Of a stretch of 63,328 nucleotides of DNA, positions 26,681 to 41,186 are shown piece after piece. The DNA comes from Octopus bimaculoides. Its lineage: Eukaryota. The notes under the pieces were generated by a model. That model was not told the origin of the DNA. It ran no database searches and was given only the letters and a program-made list of their open reading frames with translations. Position 1 is the first letter of the stretch. The number at the start of each line of letters is the position of its first letter. The translations under genes were made by a program, and so were the position numbers. Where the stretch lies: the NCBI RefSeq assembly GCF_001194135.2, contig NC_068995.1:29036146-29099473 (forward strand), read 5' to 3'.

Positions 26681-27099
26681 CTGTGGTTATATTTTTTATG
26701 CATATGAACGTATAATACGAAAGTTCTACCGAAAGTAATGCAAACATGGGGAAAACTTTTATTAACTGACATTGTTAAAATTTGCACATATAGGTACAGT
26801 AACTCTTTTTTCTATATAGGTACAGTAACTCTTTTTTCTATATAGGTACTTCACTATAGAGGCTATCACAAGTGATGCATTTGCGCTATCATTGAACTCA
26901 ACTCTCGAATGCTCTTCAAAAGAATTGAGTATGCACTGCTGTAGCCACTTCCATCTCATCTCTGTACCTCAAAACTGTTCTTCATTAGACTGAGCTGGTG
27001 GTAGTCAGATGACGCTAGATTCGATCTATGTAGAGAATCGGAGACCACCGTGTAGAGGATCGGAGACCACTGTGTAGAGGATCAGAGTCCAATTTACTG

Positions 27100-27900
27100 A
27101 TTACCTGATTTGTTGCCAAAGATGTCTGCGTCACGCTTTGTCATGGTGAATGTGGATAATTCTTAGATTCTTGTTCAGTCTCTTCCGCCTAATGGTTTCT
27201 CTAAGATTTTTACTGTCTCAATCTACGGTTCACTGAACCGTTCAATGCTCTAGGTGCAGCCATGTTCCATAAAATCAAGGAGAATGACGTCCTTGATGTC
27301 TCCTTAAAACAGTTGCCATTACTTTCTAAGTTATTCACCGTCTCTTGAAATTCGGAGGACAGATGTGATAACATTTCATGGAGTGAATCTTCGTTTTGAG
27401 GCCCTAAAGACATAACTAGGTTTCATCCCTGTCGCCAGTTTGGAAAAAATGTCTTCATTGGCTTTAAGTTCTTCCAGCAAAGCAAACCAGCCTGCTACAC
27501 ATCTGCCTTTAAATTGGGTGTCAACTACAGCGCTATCCAGTTTGCACACACTTTCCGGTACCCAAATCTACCACAAATATCTGTAACGCATTGTGACCAT
27601 AAACCAGTTCTGCAGGTAACTCATGAGTTATGACTCGCCTGTCCGTGCGAATTAATTCGTCCGCGCGCTGATGATTCGTGTCAGTGAGCGCACTTGACAG
27701 TTTTCCCCTGTGTGACTTGTCTTCAATACTGTTTTCTTCTTTAAACTATCATATTCCATCCATCTGTGCATATTCCTCTTGACATTAATGTCATCCCTGT
27801 AAACAACCTATACGCTTCTGTGAATGTCAGACACTCTGCATTCCCTCCTGCTTCAAGCCTAAATCTCTTGGAACCCATTATTTGTCTGTAGTGAAAAATA
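27100..27900 (-). mobile_element. Decayed mariner (Tc1/mariner) transposase
   Basis: The minus strand gives QRADELIRTDRRVITHEL, GYRKVCANW, GDIKDVILLDFMEHGCT and IIHIHHDKA, which are mariner HTH and DDD-region motifs. Multiple stops. Confidence 0.75.
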
Positions 27901-28396
27901 TGAGTAACAACAGGGGGAAATTTATTCCATCAGAGTGTGCTATTTGAATGACTTACGCTCGTTAATAGAAAAGTTGTGCTCACTTTTGCATTACATTGTT
28001 GTAATCCTTATAGTTTTATATACCAGTCAGTAGTAGCATACATTTGTAACTAAGTCTCTTATGTACGTGTTATGTATGTGTGTGCAAGCATTTATGCATA
28101 TATGTGAACGTTTGCTTTGTCTGGTGTATTTCAATTATCCCAACAAAGAAGAGAAAAAAAGACATTGTAAAAGAAAAAAAACTCGGCCAAAAGATATTTG
28201 AAACCATGATTTCTCTATCCTGTTCACTTTTCATATCATATTGCTCGAATTAGGTTACGGTTCTGAACATAGAAGCGAGAAAGTAAATCGACTGGTCATA
28301 AACAGTTGGGTAACTGAACTAATGTCATTTTGTCGTCACTTGGTTTTAAATCAGAGAGAAAGAGCATATTCATACAAACATACATACGTACATACA

Positions 28397-28450
<54 letters not shown>

Positions 28451-28899
28451 NNNNNNNNNNNNNNNNNNNNNNNNNNNNNNNNNNNNNNNNNNNNNNNNNN
28501 NNNNNNNNNNNNNNNNNGATTTATTAATAAATTAATAAATTGATAAATCTTTACCCTTTTAATTTGTAATAATTATATATATATAAGCAATGTTAATTCT
28601 CTAAATGAAGTATTAACAGTAACTGCACGATAAAGTGTAGTATATTGCCACTTAAGTGTGGCTGACCCCTAGGGGTGGATGTTACTGTTGCTTTTAGCCC
28701 CAGGAGGACATCTCCTCCAGCTGGCTTATCGACACACGACTGTGTCCTGTTTGCCAAGGGAAGTTATCCCTCTCACCTCGATCTGCAGCACACTCACACA
28801 CTCACACACACACACACACGCACAGAGTCTTCTACAAAGAAATCGTTGACAGTGACTTGCTTGCTTTCATCTGATTGCTTTAGTTGGGCTCATTTTAGT

Positions 28900-30050
28900 C
28901 TTCGGCAGTTTTTTTTTCTTGGTAGGTTCAGTTACAAGCATGGTGAGTAGACGTGTTGTAAGTAGACCTTAAAAGTGGAGAGAGTGGGTGTAGAAAGCGT
29001 CTTAGGACCCATTTTTTTACGATTTTGAGATCATCGCTTCTCTTACTCGGCTGAGAAATAGACGTGGAATGTCGACACTATTTCTGAATAACCTGGGCCT
29101 TGAGATACGGTAGATCTTTCTGGAGTCGAACAATAGGTTTGTATTCCTGATCGTGAACAATAGCAGTGATGATGTATAGTGACTAGTCATCATATATTCC
29201 TTGACTGGAGCAGGGCAGCCAGATTTATTCAGGCGTCTGAAAGTTTTCCTGGAAACCTCTCGCTCTTCAGTGCTAGTGGGCAATTGGAACACCATTTTGG
29301 AGGCACGCCTGGGTTGTATGGGGTTATCTGATAGGAGAAGAGGATATATTAGCCGCGTAAACCAGTTTAGTCAATTCAAAACTGGTTGACAGATTGATTT
29401 CTCTAATGTACCAATTTTGACATGGGTGAACGGCACCGGGATACCCAGATTGTATCCAGATAAAGTAATCTGTAAACCAGCAGATAACTGTCACGTAGGT
29501 TGTCCACAGTTCAAAGTAGTCAAATATACAAAACGCAAATTTGTGATTTATTTGGTCGACCGTACTGGAAACTACACGCGTCTTTTCCGGTGCGCCAAGT
29601 TTACAGTGACGGGATTACAGAACTAGTTAAAAGGGAGTTGACAGGGTCAACCGGTTAAGGTTAACTCTGAACAGGGCTATTAGATTAGAACTGATAAGGT
29701 TTAATAAGGAAGTAGTGATAGAATAGAGGAAGAACTAATCAGTAACCTAGAAGCGGTAATTAGGAAATACATTGCGGCTTGCGCAGTGACTAATTGTTCT
29801 ACGCTAAACACGAAGGCTGTATTGCCAGGGTTAGGGCACATGCTCTAAGGCATGAGAAAATGAAAGCCGTTCGATGAGCACGAATCATGAGGCACAACGT
29901 GGCATCAAAGCCACAATTCAGTTTTTGAGGGATCGAGCGAGGCACATGCTACGAGATTCCTAGCATATGTGCAACTTTTCAGTGATGTTTCGCTCAACTG
30001 ATTGAGGCAGACAGTGGACTGAAATCCAAGGGTGAACTTTATCACCTACC
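28900..30050 (+). mobile_element. Decayed L1/Tx1-like ORF2 endonuclease region
   Basis: FRRLKVFLETSRSSVLVGNWNTILEARL matches the Tx1 motif FF..L..FL.....LVLMGDWNAILD. Stops and frameshifts throughout. Confidence 0.65.
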
Positions 30051-30051
30051 T

Positions 30052-30409
30052 CAGCGCTGGATTTAACCATTATGTAAAATAAGCATTTGCTTAGGGTATC
30101 AAAGGAAGGGGACACCACAGAAGTGGTAAATGATTTAGGGCACGAATGAAATCACTTTTAACTATATTCAGTATAGAGGCAGATGTGTTACATGAGATTA
30201 ATATCTCATTAAACTTTTCTAATATAAATAACGTGGAAGTATACAAAAATAAACATTATTTTCCATCTTACTGTTAGTCTTGTTCCATTTTGAAAAATAC
30301 AAATTTATTTTGTGTTTTTTTTTATTGTTTATATTATGAATTACAAATATATGGGGGCACTAAAATCTTTTAAATGCTTAGTGCCTCTATGGGACTAGAT
30401 TCAACCCTG
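30052..30409. mobile_element. hAT-type MITE (decayed TIRs, 8-bp TSD-like flanks)
   Basis: The ends cagcgctggattta / tagattcaaccctg are imperfect inverted repeats. The flanks acctacct and gcctacca match at 6/8. Confidence 0.55.
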
Positions 30410-30816
30410 GCCTACCATGACGACCTGCTGCCTACAGAGCTCAGGGAAAGGTCAATAACTGTATGATTAAAACGTACGCTTCGAAACTATGTGGTTCTGG
30501 GTTTAGTTCCATTGGGCACCTACATTTACAACACAAAAGAAATCATTTTAAATTTGCTAAAACTATATTCGGCATGTGTTACGTAAGATTAATTTTGAGA
30601 ATCCGATTAAAGACTTTGTAATTAAAAACAATTAGGAGAAAACTTTAGCCTCAAGTGTTATGTCTTCAGTGAAATTTAGTAGACAAAATTGCGCATCTAA
30701 TTTTTCCAATGGCCCAATCATCTTCAACAGCCCTTTGACAATCAGAATGAGAAATTTGATGCATTTCTGAAGGTGTTTCTTTGTCTTTTCTACTTAAGTT
30801 ATTACTCTTGGGAGGG

Positions 30817-30848
<32 letters not shown>

Positions 30849-31093
30849 TGTATGTATGTATGTATGTATGTATGTATGTATATGGTATCCAAATATCGAC
30901 TGTAATATGAAACATCATTAAATGACCTTTATGGATGGTGCTATTAAGTTAGGCATGGAATGGGCCTCGTCTGATCGAAACTTATCTAAGTATGTATATT
31001 TATTGCACATACATACATACACACATGCATACATACATGCATACGTACATACATGCATATAAAGAATAAAGAGTTTAGACTGGTACAACAATG

Positions 31094-31148
<55 letters not shown>

Positions 31149-31921
31149 CAAATACTCACACAAATACACATATACATTCGTACGTTCATATGTATGCATG
31201 TACGTACGTATGTATGTATGTATGTAAGTATGTATGTGTGTATGTGTGTATGTGTGTATTAATGTATGCATGTAGGTATGTGTCTGTCTGTGTCAAACTG
31301 CCTGCCTGCCTGCCTGTCTGTCTGTCTGTATGTATGTATGTATGTTTGTATGTATGTATGTATGTATGTATGTATGTATGTATGCATGTATGTATGTATG
31401 CATGTGCAATAAATTCACATACTTCATTCACAAGTTCCCATTTGAAAAGAATCAAATACCACCAGAAGTAGTTTTTTTTTCCTACTAAACCTGATCGTAT
31501 TTTTTATTCTTCATTGAAGGCACCCTGCCGTTCTTTGAGATTTGGCCTCTGTCGACTGCAGGCCATCTATCAGCACAGTAGGATGTATCACGCCCCACTG
31601 ACCTGAGATGGCTTTACGGCCAGCTCTCTCATCAACATTGCCACTCCCATATATTTTTCTCTGCTCTCCCGTAGTTTTAGATTAATGGCCTTAACGAACG
31701 CAAGGAACAGAAGAGGGAAGAAGGTTCATTTGGCACAATAGACTGGACAAAAACATTGCTCATAGATACTATGTACTTCGTATACATGTTCTATAGAGAT
31801 ATGCTAAATGATGCATGTTTCAGATACCGATAAGCGTACACTCACATCACACAGAGAAGCCTATACACATACATACATGCATACGTACATGCAGGGATGT
31901 GTATGTTTGTAAGTGTTTGTT

Positions 31922-31969
<48 letters not shown>

Positions 31970-32934
31970 CATTCATATTAGATACCGGCAGGCAGTGTGT
32001 TCGAAATTCAAAACTTTTTCACTATACCACTTGTATACACACGCGTGCACGCGCATTCCCACACACATGTACATATACATACATATATTCTGTTTCAGTT
32101 ATTGGACTGCGACCAGGATGGAGCACTTACTTGATGGAAGGATTAATGGCAAAGTTAACCTCGGTGAGATTGGAACTCAGAACGAAATGAGTGGGAACAA
32201 ATACCGCAATGCATTATGTCCGGTGCTCAAACGATTCTTCNNNNNNNNNNNNNNNNNNNNNNNNNNNNNNNNNNNNNNNNNNNNNNNNNNNNNNNNNNNN
32301 NNNNNNNNNNNNNNNNNNNNNNNNNNNNNNNNNNNNNNNNNNNNNNNNNNNNNNNNNNNNNNNNNNNNNNNNNNNNNNNNNNNNNNNNNNNNNNNNNNNN
32401 NNNNNNNNNNNNNNNNNNNNNNNNNNNNNNNNNNNNNNNNNNNNNNNNNNNNNNNNNNNNNNNNNNNNNNNNNNNNNNNNNNNNNNNNNNNNNNNNNNNN
32501 NNNNNNNNNNNNNNNNNNNNNNNNNNNNNNNNNNNNNNNNNNNNNNNNNNNNNNNNNNNNNNNNNNNNNNNNNNNNNNNNNNNNNNNNNNNNNNNNNNNN
32601 NNNNNNNNNNNNNNNNNNNNNNNNNNNNNNNNNNNNNNNNNNNNNNNNNNNNNNNNNNNNNNNNNNNNNNNNNNNNNNNNNNNNNNNNNNNNNNNNNNNN
32701 NNNNNNNNNNNNNNNNNNNNNNNNNNNNNNNNNNNNNNNNNNNNNNNNNNNNNNNNNNNNNNNNNNNNNNNNNNNNNNNNNNNNNNNNNNNNNNNNNNNN
32801 NNNNNNNNNNNNNNNNNNNNNNNNNNNNNNNNNNNNNNNNNNNNNNNNNNNNNNNNNNNNNNNNNNNNNNNNNNNNNNNNNNNNNNNNNNNNNNNNNNNN
32901 NNNNNNNGTATATATATGTATATGTTTGTGTGTC

Positions 32935-33097
32935 TGTGTGTTTCCCCCACCATCGCTTGACAACTGATGTTGGTGTATTCACGTCCCTGTAACATAGCGA
33001 TTCGGCAAAAAGATACCGATAGAATAAGTATTAGATTTAGAAAAAATAAGTCTGCGGTTCGATTTCTTGGTCGCAGTCAAATGACTGAAACAACTAA
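32935..33097 (+). mobile_element. SINE family A, 3' half (5' part lost in gap or deleted)
   Basis: ccatcgcttgacaac...ttcggcaaaaagataccgatagaataagta...gcagtcaaatgactgaaacaa. Confidence 0.8.
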
Positions 33098-33104
33098 AAG
33101 TAGT

Positions 33105-33815
33105 AATTTTATTTTTTCCACATTCTTAGTTCGAGTTTAACAGTTATTTTTTCAAAACTATAATGGAAGTGACAAAGAGCATATTTGGCATATTTTGCTT
33201 TATGAGTGATTCCAGAAATTCCGAACCGGAAACTACAGCCTAGAGGACGAACCTCGTTCCGGAAGATCTGTAGAGCTCGACGAGGACGTCCTCCAAACCG
33301 TGGTGGAACAAAATCCCATCGTAACTGTTGAAGAACGAGCAGAGAAGTTTGGATTTGGACATTCAACCATTCATCGACACCTGCGTGCCATCGGAAAAGT
33401 CAGCAAATTGGTTTCAAGACGAAAAATGTTCTTCCATAAGGATAATGCTCGGTCACATACAGCTAGGATGGAATTCCAAAGGCTGGAGCAGTTTGAATGG
33501 GAAACGGTGCCCTACCCACCATATTCACGAGACATTGCCCCATCTGATTATCATTTATTCTGCAGTTTTCAAAAACATTTGGAAGGAAAAAATATGAATT
33601 CTGTAGACAAGGTCAGAACAGTATTGGAGGAGTACCTTTCGTCACGGACAAGTGAATTATGGAAGAGGGGCCTTGCAAGTCTACCAGATAAATAGAAGAG
33701 CACTCTAGAAAGTGAAGAAGAGTATATTTTAGATAAAAAAAGAGAGAACTTTGTTTATCGTAATTTTGAAAAATAAAAGAAGTAATAAAAAAATGCATTA
33801 TTTTTGGGATGACCC

Positions 33816-33817
<2 letters not shown>
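33105..33817 (+). mobile_element. Internally deleted mariner transposon (transposase pseudogene, right TIR retained)
   Basis: ORF 33300-33695 has HSTIHRHLRAIGKVSKL fused to FHKDNARSH and YPPYSRDIAPSDYHLF (mariner D..YSPDLAPSD). The right end aaatgcattatttttgggatgacccat is followed by TA. The WVPHEL/first-D segment is missing. Confidence 0.9.
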
Positions 33818-33850
<33 letters not shown>

Positions 33851-33904
33851 ATATTAAGATAAGCAAGGAATGTGTTCAACGTGTCGGGAGAGATATAAAT
33901 AAAT

Positions 33905-35172
<1,268 letters not shown>

Positions 35173-35173
<1 letters not shown>

Positions 35174-35300
35174 TCAACAATTGAGGTATGCGTTTTAAGG
35201 TTACCACCAACCAGATGGCAGCAATACTTGGAACAGCTCGTGTGTTGAGGAAAGTACTGCGTCTCTAAGCTGCAGGGTGGAGCTGAGACGTGACATAGAT
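35173..35300 (+). mobile_element. Short 3' fragment of an R4/Dong-like element
   Basis: AAILGTARVLRKVLRL* matches the R4-clade C-terminus (ALLGTARILRKVL). Confidence 0.65.
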
Positions 35301-36623
35301 ATAGATAAATCAGTTAAGTGAATAAAAATAAAAATGATAAAAAGGATAATAAAGGAAAGTAGGAATGAAACCTAAACATTCTATTCAATGAAAACAAGCG
35401 CCATAAACAGATAAAAACTTATGCATCTAATAAATCGCACTAAACATTCTACATTTATAGTGCAAACCGCCTAAGATTTTATATTCGTAATTCATATGCA
35501 TACAAGCGAATGTCATTTGTGGTTGAATAAGACGCTTTGAAATAGGAGGTGGTATAGTTGGTGAAGAATTTTTTTTAAAGGGTAAGTGCTGCTTTGACAA
35601 TAACCAGACAGTTGCTAACAGTCATATATCAAAATATAACAACGAGGTTCTCACAATCAGCAGCTTTCCTCCTTTCTGTTTAGAAATTTATATTCTCCGG
35701 AGTAGATCAAACCTTAAGGTCTTACGCAGCAACAAATCCAAATTAATGTACACAAATATTCACACACTTGCATACATATACAAGCACACACACATATAAG
35801 ACAAATAACATATATGTATGAATGGATGCATACTGAGTTAGATAGCAAGTAAAGAAGTAAAAAAAAAACACTTTAGGTATAATAGAAAACCAGTAGCCCA
35901 AGAGATAAAAATATCAAATAAAGAAATGGAAAACAAGTTCGCTGGTCGGACAATTAATGATGGAATTAAATACCTTGTCAGTCAGATTAGATACGTTAGA
36001 ATTTCTTACAGAGTAGCTCGACCCACAAAAATTTCATATCTGTTTTTCCAAGACTCTCTCTTCTCTTGTAAACTTTCATTGCGTTTTCTTTAATCTATAT
36101 TTCTTCTCCACTTTTCCCTTACGTACGGTTTAATTCTCTTTTGTCGTACACATTCCTTTTAGCTTCTCGTAAGTCGTCTATTGCTACACTTATTTTACAA
36201 AATCAAAAGAAATAAAAGGTTAGTAGCAGAGAGCAATTACTTGCACTAAGACACACACATTAAATAATTAAGGTTTCATGAAAACAATTTTTTTTTTATT
36301 CATTTGGAAAGAAATTACATTCATCACAGTTACGTCCTTACCATTAACTACTACAGCCAGCATTCAACCCCACCACTTTGATATATTTACCTTTCACTCT
36401 ACTGCATAAATTTTCTTTCTTATAATCCTTCCAATTTAACAGCAAACAGCTACAATGTGCATGATCATATTCTGTATAGCATTCCTTATTCCTCCTCTCT
36501 CCCATTCACTGTTATCACCTCCTTCAGAATGGAGCGTCAGTAGAAAGTAACTAAAGAATAAAACTTCGAACAAAGTTTTAATTTAAAGCAGTAAAGTTTT
36601 AATTAAATATTCTGTTGAACACA

Positions 36624-36708
<85 letters not shown>

Positions 36709-36789
36709 ACACACACACACACGTACACACACATACATACATTCATACACACATACATACATACTTGGAATTTACAAAAGACAAAAAAC

Positions 36790-37200
36790 GAAGACAGGTG
36801 TGTAAACATAAAACAAGTGTATTAGTTTACTCGGGAAAGTGAGAAAGTCTTTTACGTTTCGAGCCTACGCTCTTCAACAGAAAGGAACACAAAAAAGAGA
36901 GAATAAAAAGAGAAAGCTTTAGTAGCTGGCGGTCAATCATGGGGATGGCCGGACAGAGGTGGTCAGACAGGAGAGCTAGGAAGAAGGGGAGATAATAAAG
37001 TTGTGGTGATCCCAAAACGAAGGTGCGCGTGCGTGTGTATGTGAGAGCGTACGTGTGCGTGTGGTTAGGGGCTGGGGACCTTGACGTCTGGGTGTGTGCA
37101 TGTGTAGGTGTGTAGATGATGGTGTGGGTACTGGGACGTGGTCAATGCTAATGTGTGCAGGATAGTGGGATGTGGTATGGTGGTGTGGGAATGTCCCAGT
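36790..37200 (-). mobile_element. PLE 3'/pLTR fragment carrying a minimal hammerhead-like motif
   Basis: A C-rich minus-strand tract like 22.6-22.9 kb, followed by ctgttgaagagcgtaggctcgaaacgta. Confidence 0.6.
36849..36884 (-). ncRNA. Minimal type I hammerhead-ribozyme-like motif (A6U variant)
   Basis: cuuu-CUGUUGA-A-GAGC(GUAG)GCUC-GAA-ACGU-A-aaag: 4-bp stem I, 4-bp stem II, palindromic ACGU stem III and a GUA site. Activity untested. Confidence 0.5.
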
Positions 37201-37575
37201 GAAGACCTCTATGAAATGTAAGCACAATAGACCTGATAATATGATTTAGGATAGAGAAGAGAAACTGTGCAGAGTTTTGGAAATTAGCTGCTCAGTGGAC
37301 GTTAATATAAAGTTGAAGATCAGTGAAAAGGAGAATACTTGCACTGAACCTTTGAGAAATCTGCAGTTACTCTGTTCAGATTACAAGTTCAGGTTTATAT
37401 CTGTAATTATTAGGAGCCTGGGATATGTAACACATTGCGTAAATACCAATCTTGAGAAATTAGGCTTCTCAAAACCAGAAAGGAGAAAGCAAATTCGAAG
37501 ACTACAGATCCAATCCATCCCTGGAACAGTAAAATCTGTAAAACTTTCCAGAAGTTTATCATTTAAATATATATG
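37200..37575 (+). mobile_element. 3' end of an RLE-encoding (R2/R4/NeSL-type) non-LTR retrotransposon
   Basis: KHNRPDNMI*DREEKLCRVLEISCSVDVNIKLKISEKENT...FISVIIRSLGYV is a PD-(D/E)xK restriction-like endonuclease pattern. Confidence 0.8.
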
Positions 37576-38250
37576 AGCATGTTTAGATATGCAACTATAT
37601 GCATGAGAATACACACATAAAGCAAAGCATACAAATATGCACATATACATACATACATACATACATGTACTAACGTATATACATGCATACATGTTATTGA
37701 CGCGCATGTGCAGAAAATCGGAGTGTGGCATCGAGTACGTAGTCTCAGTCATAGTCTCATTAGTATACTTGCAGGATATACTGTGTTGTGATCATATGTG
37801 TAATGTGATGAGAAGTCTAAGTAATGCGTGTGTGTAATACATATATATACAAATATATCTATGTATACTCTCACACACACACACACTCGCATATATTTAT
37901 GTGTGCTCGCATTTGTGCATGTGTGTGAGACTATGTATAAGCATATGCATTTAACAAAATAACTATATATCTTAGCTGGACATAGTGTGTCGTACTATAG
38001 GAAATCAGAATTAACATTTTTAAAGAATATAATCATATTTAGAAAGTAATGCATTTAATTCGAAACAATTCAAATTGCTATTTCTAAATTTAGACGCAAA
38101 TATAATGTTTATGATTAATTTACTGTAGTAAATGGTGTATAGAACAGATCTTTTAATAAAGGAAAACCTGAAATATGCTAGTAGAACATTATTTTTCTAT
38201 CTCATCAGAAATGTCACTGTAGTTTGGCAAATGTCACTTGATAAGAATTA

Positions 38251-38405
38251 TATTGGTTTCAAAATTTGGCACATGGTCAACTGGTACTTGTTTTATCGAC
38301 CCCAAAAGGATGAAAGGCAATGCCGGCCTTGGGGGAATTTGAACTCAGAATGAAATGCCAGTAAGCATTTGACCGGCGTGCTAACAATTCTGCCAACTCG
38401 CCGCC
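38251..38405 (-). mobile_element. SINE family B
   Basis: caactggtacttgttttatcgacccc..ggatgaaaggcaa...gaatttgaactcagaa...ctgccaactcgccgcc. Confidence 0.8.
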
Positions 38406-40620
38406 TTGACTTGATATAGAATATATGAAAAGTAATTTATAACAAAAGTGCTAAGATTGCTGCAGTGTTCAAATTACAAAGATATTGTTCTGTATTTTAA
38501 AGCGAATATGGTACAGTCATTTGATGTTTGCAAACTGGGAACTTGAACACTTATTACGTCACTAGTCTAAAAACTAACGCCTTATATAATAGACGGTAAT
38601 TCTAAATTTCGATACGCAAAATTAACCAAAACATTGGCTTATGACCGAATACTGGTCAACTAACTAATAATTTGAAACTTCCACGTATTTATCGAGAGAG
38701 ATGTATAGTCATTATAAGTCAACTGACTGATTTAGTACATATATCATTAAACCTCAAGGTTGATAAAAGCCAAACTGATAAGCAAAGCGGTTCGAAAGAA
38801 AACGATTTAAAGTATTTTGTCTGTCGCTTTGCTGCTTCTGCTATTGTCTTGTTTTACGTAGGTTTACATATATTATATCATATTTTGGTACTGTGTCGGC
38901 CGAGAACCCCGTTGACATGCCGTCGATATTAAAGTGTTAAATACTTATGGTATGAAAATTAGTAGCGTTAGCTCTCTGGTGCTGCTGGATTTGTTCTGTA
39001 TATAAACAGAATAGCTACTTATCTCTCCAGTGTTGGTTAAATGATGTAGACATCTGTGCTGAAAACAGAACAAGCTGAGAAAATCGATTAAGACTGTTTA
39101 TCCCTTTTTCAATCTAAGGGGAAATAGTTAATCTACCATGTTTCGATGGTTCCAATCCTCCGTTGAAATTTCTTTTTATTCACTGATAACATTAAAGCCA
39201 TCGGGAAACGCATTACAAAACATACCTAGATTTCTTGATAGCGATGCCAAGTTAAAAATGAAACCATATTTATTTAGGCAAAGAATCATAAGCACATGTG
39301 TGCAATAGTGTAATACACAAGATATAGAAACCATTTCCAAAGTACGTTTTCTACAAATATATAATAAATACACTCCTTATTGCCACAATATCGAGACGAA
39401 GAAGATACAGAGAGAGGAATACAATTTTGTCTTCTGCAATACCAAAAGCGTTTCTTCATTTGACGAGAAAATCTTAGAATATTTTTCTTTCATGCTAATG
39501 AACAAGAAGATGAGGTGATGTGAAAGAAATGGAAGGGCACTAGACCTTCTAAGAATAGTACAGTAAACACCGTACATATTTTGTTACCTCGTGGTAATGC
39601 AAGAAATCAATAACTGGCAAACTTGTTTCAACATTCTTTCTCTTTACATGTAGATACTGCACGCATATACACAGAAACATACTCAGGAATACACATACAT
39701 TCACAAACGCAAGCAGAAGCATAACGGATGTCTAAATGAGCATTTTGTTGTTTATTCTACTCACCATTTTCTCCTGATTTTATTTGTTCTCTCACCAAGC
39801 CATTTATACATATTTCATTGTACGAAAAGTTAGTTCCCACAGAGGAATACTTCTTCAGCGAATTAACCAATCACGTTTCAAAATTACATTGCCATCACCG
39901 CTGGTCATTCATTTTCCAGCTCATTCATCATCGCCGGCTCTTTATAGCACTTCGAATACTTAATAAGTCCCTCCCTATAAATACTATTGCGGAGCAGATT
40001 TTAATGGCACATTTTCTCCTTCCAAAAACAAAACAAAAAACATTCACTAAGCCTCTGGGAAGCCTATCTAAAGTTCTAACTCCACAAACACCAAACTAAC
40101 TACGCAACTACCAAGGCTATAAGCGTAAATTTCAACATCGTAATCACAAGCAACATCACAACCGTTTTCACTATCACTACTAACATCACCGCTTTCAAAC
40201 ACTGTAATTTAAACAATCGAGTCGAATAATAAACACAAAACTGAACTTGTAAATTACATCCAGATCTATCATAATTGTTAAATATATAAACAAAATTATA
40301 TCAATGAACAAATAAAACAGTAAAAAGTGTCGATGGTGGTGGGTAATAACATCGCTTAACTAGCATGCTGGTCATATATTATGACAATGTTGACAAGTGC
40401 TAGCTTGGCGGGATGTAAAACGATAAATAGTTATAAGGATGATTCTAAATGTTTCCAAGGACGTAAAATCTGCCCTCATAAAAAGAATTTCTTCCCTTAC
40501 AAAATAAAACTAGATTTCATTCACAACCATAAACGTTTTACATGCATCCTAAAATCACTTGTAGCATTGACGATATAAATCTGTCTCTTCAAAAGTTAAA
40601 TTGTCTACATGACTCACAAC

Positions 40621-41110
40621 CGGTGGTGTAGCTAATAGGGGAGCGACCGCTTCCACCGAGCACATTTTCAAAATTGGTGCCTTTTCAACAATATTTTAAT
40701 TCTTTAGTTCTCTTGTACGATAAAAGTCGAATCTCCTTTTTGTTTTAATTCTATTTATTTTTTATGTTTTTATTAATAGCATGCGTTGGAAGAACTTTCT
40801 GGAGTTATTTGACTTGGTGGCCGTTGACATCTGAATAACCTAATCAAACACCGATGTCATAACCTTTCGACACTGCACGATCTAGTGGAGCTCCATCTTT
40901 TGTACACCACTCCTATATCAGTGGATGTAAAATTTATACATAATTAAATTGTTACTGAACCATGAAATTAATGAATATAGAATACAATTACGTATAACTC
41001 ATAAAATATTTCCCGTAATATAAGAAAAATGAATTAAGAATTGCTTCCTATAAATCGCGGCGCCATTTTATGTTTGCTTCCGCTAACGTTAGAACCGGAC
41101 TATGCCTCTA
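40621..41110. mobile_element. Non-autonomous hAT element with perfect 8-bp TSD
   Basis: ctcacaac at 40613-40620 and 41111-41118. The degenerate TIRs are cggtggtgtagc / actatgcctcta. Confidence 0.75.
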
Positions 41111-41155
41111 CTCACAACACAATGTATATGTATTTCTCTTAATCTTAACTTTTTG

Positions 41156-41186
<31 letters not shown>

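Noticed and set aside
27029-27090. 22-bp direct repeats (CRISPR-like at first glance)
   Set aside because: The repeats are contiguous with no spacers, and the context is eukaryotic.
35208-35221. CTCF-like motif CAACCAGATGGCAG
   Set aside because: A single degenerate match inside a retrotransposon fragment, expected by chance in 63 kb.
39227-39351. 125-nt minus-strand segment with AG/GTATGT boundaries, open in one frame
   Set aside because: The translation is unrecognisable, the phases do not link with neighbouring candidates, and there is no other support.
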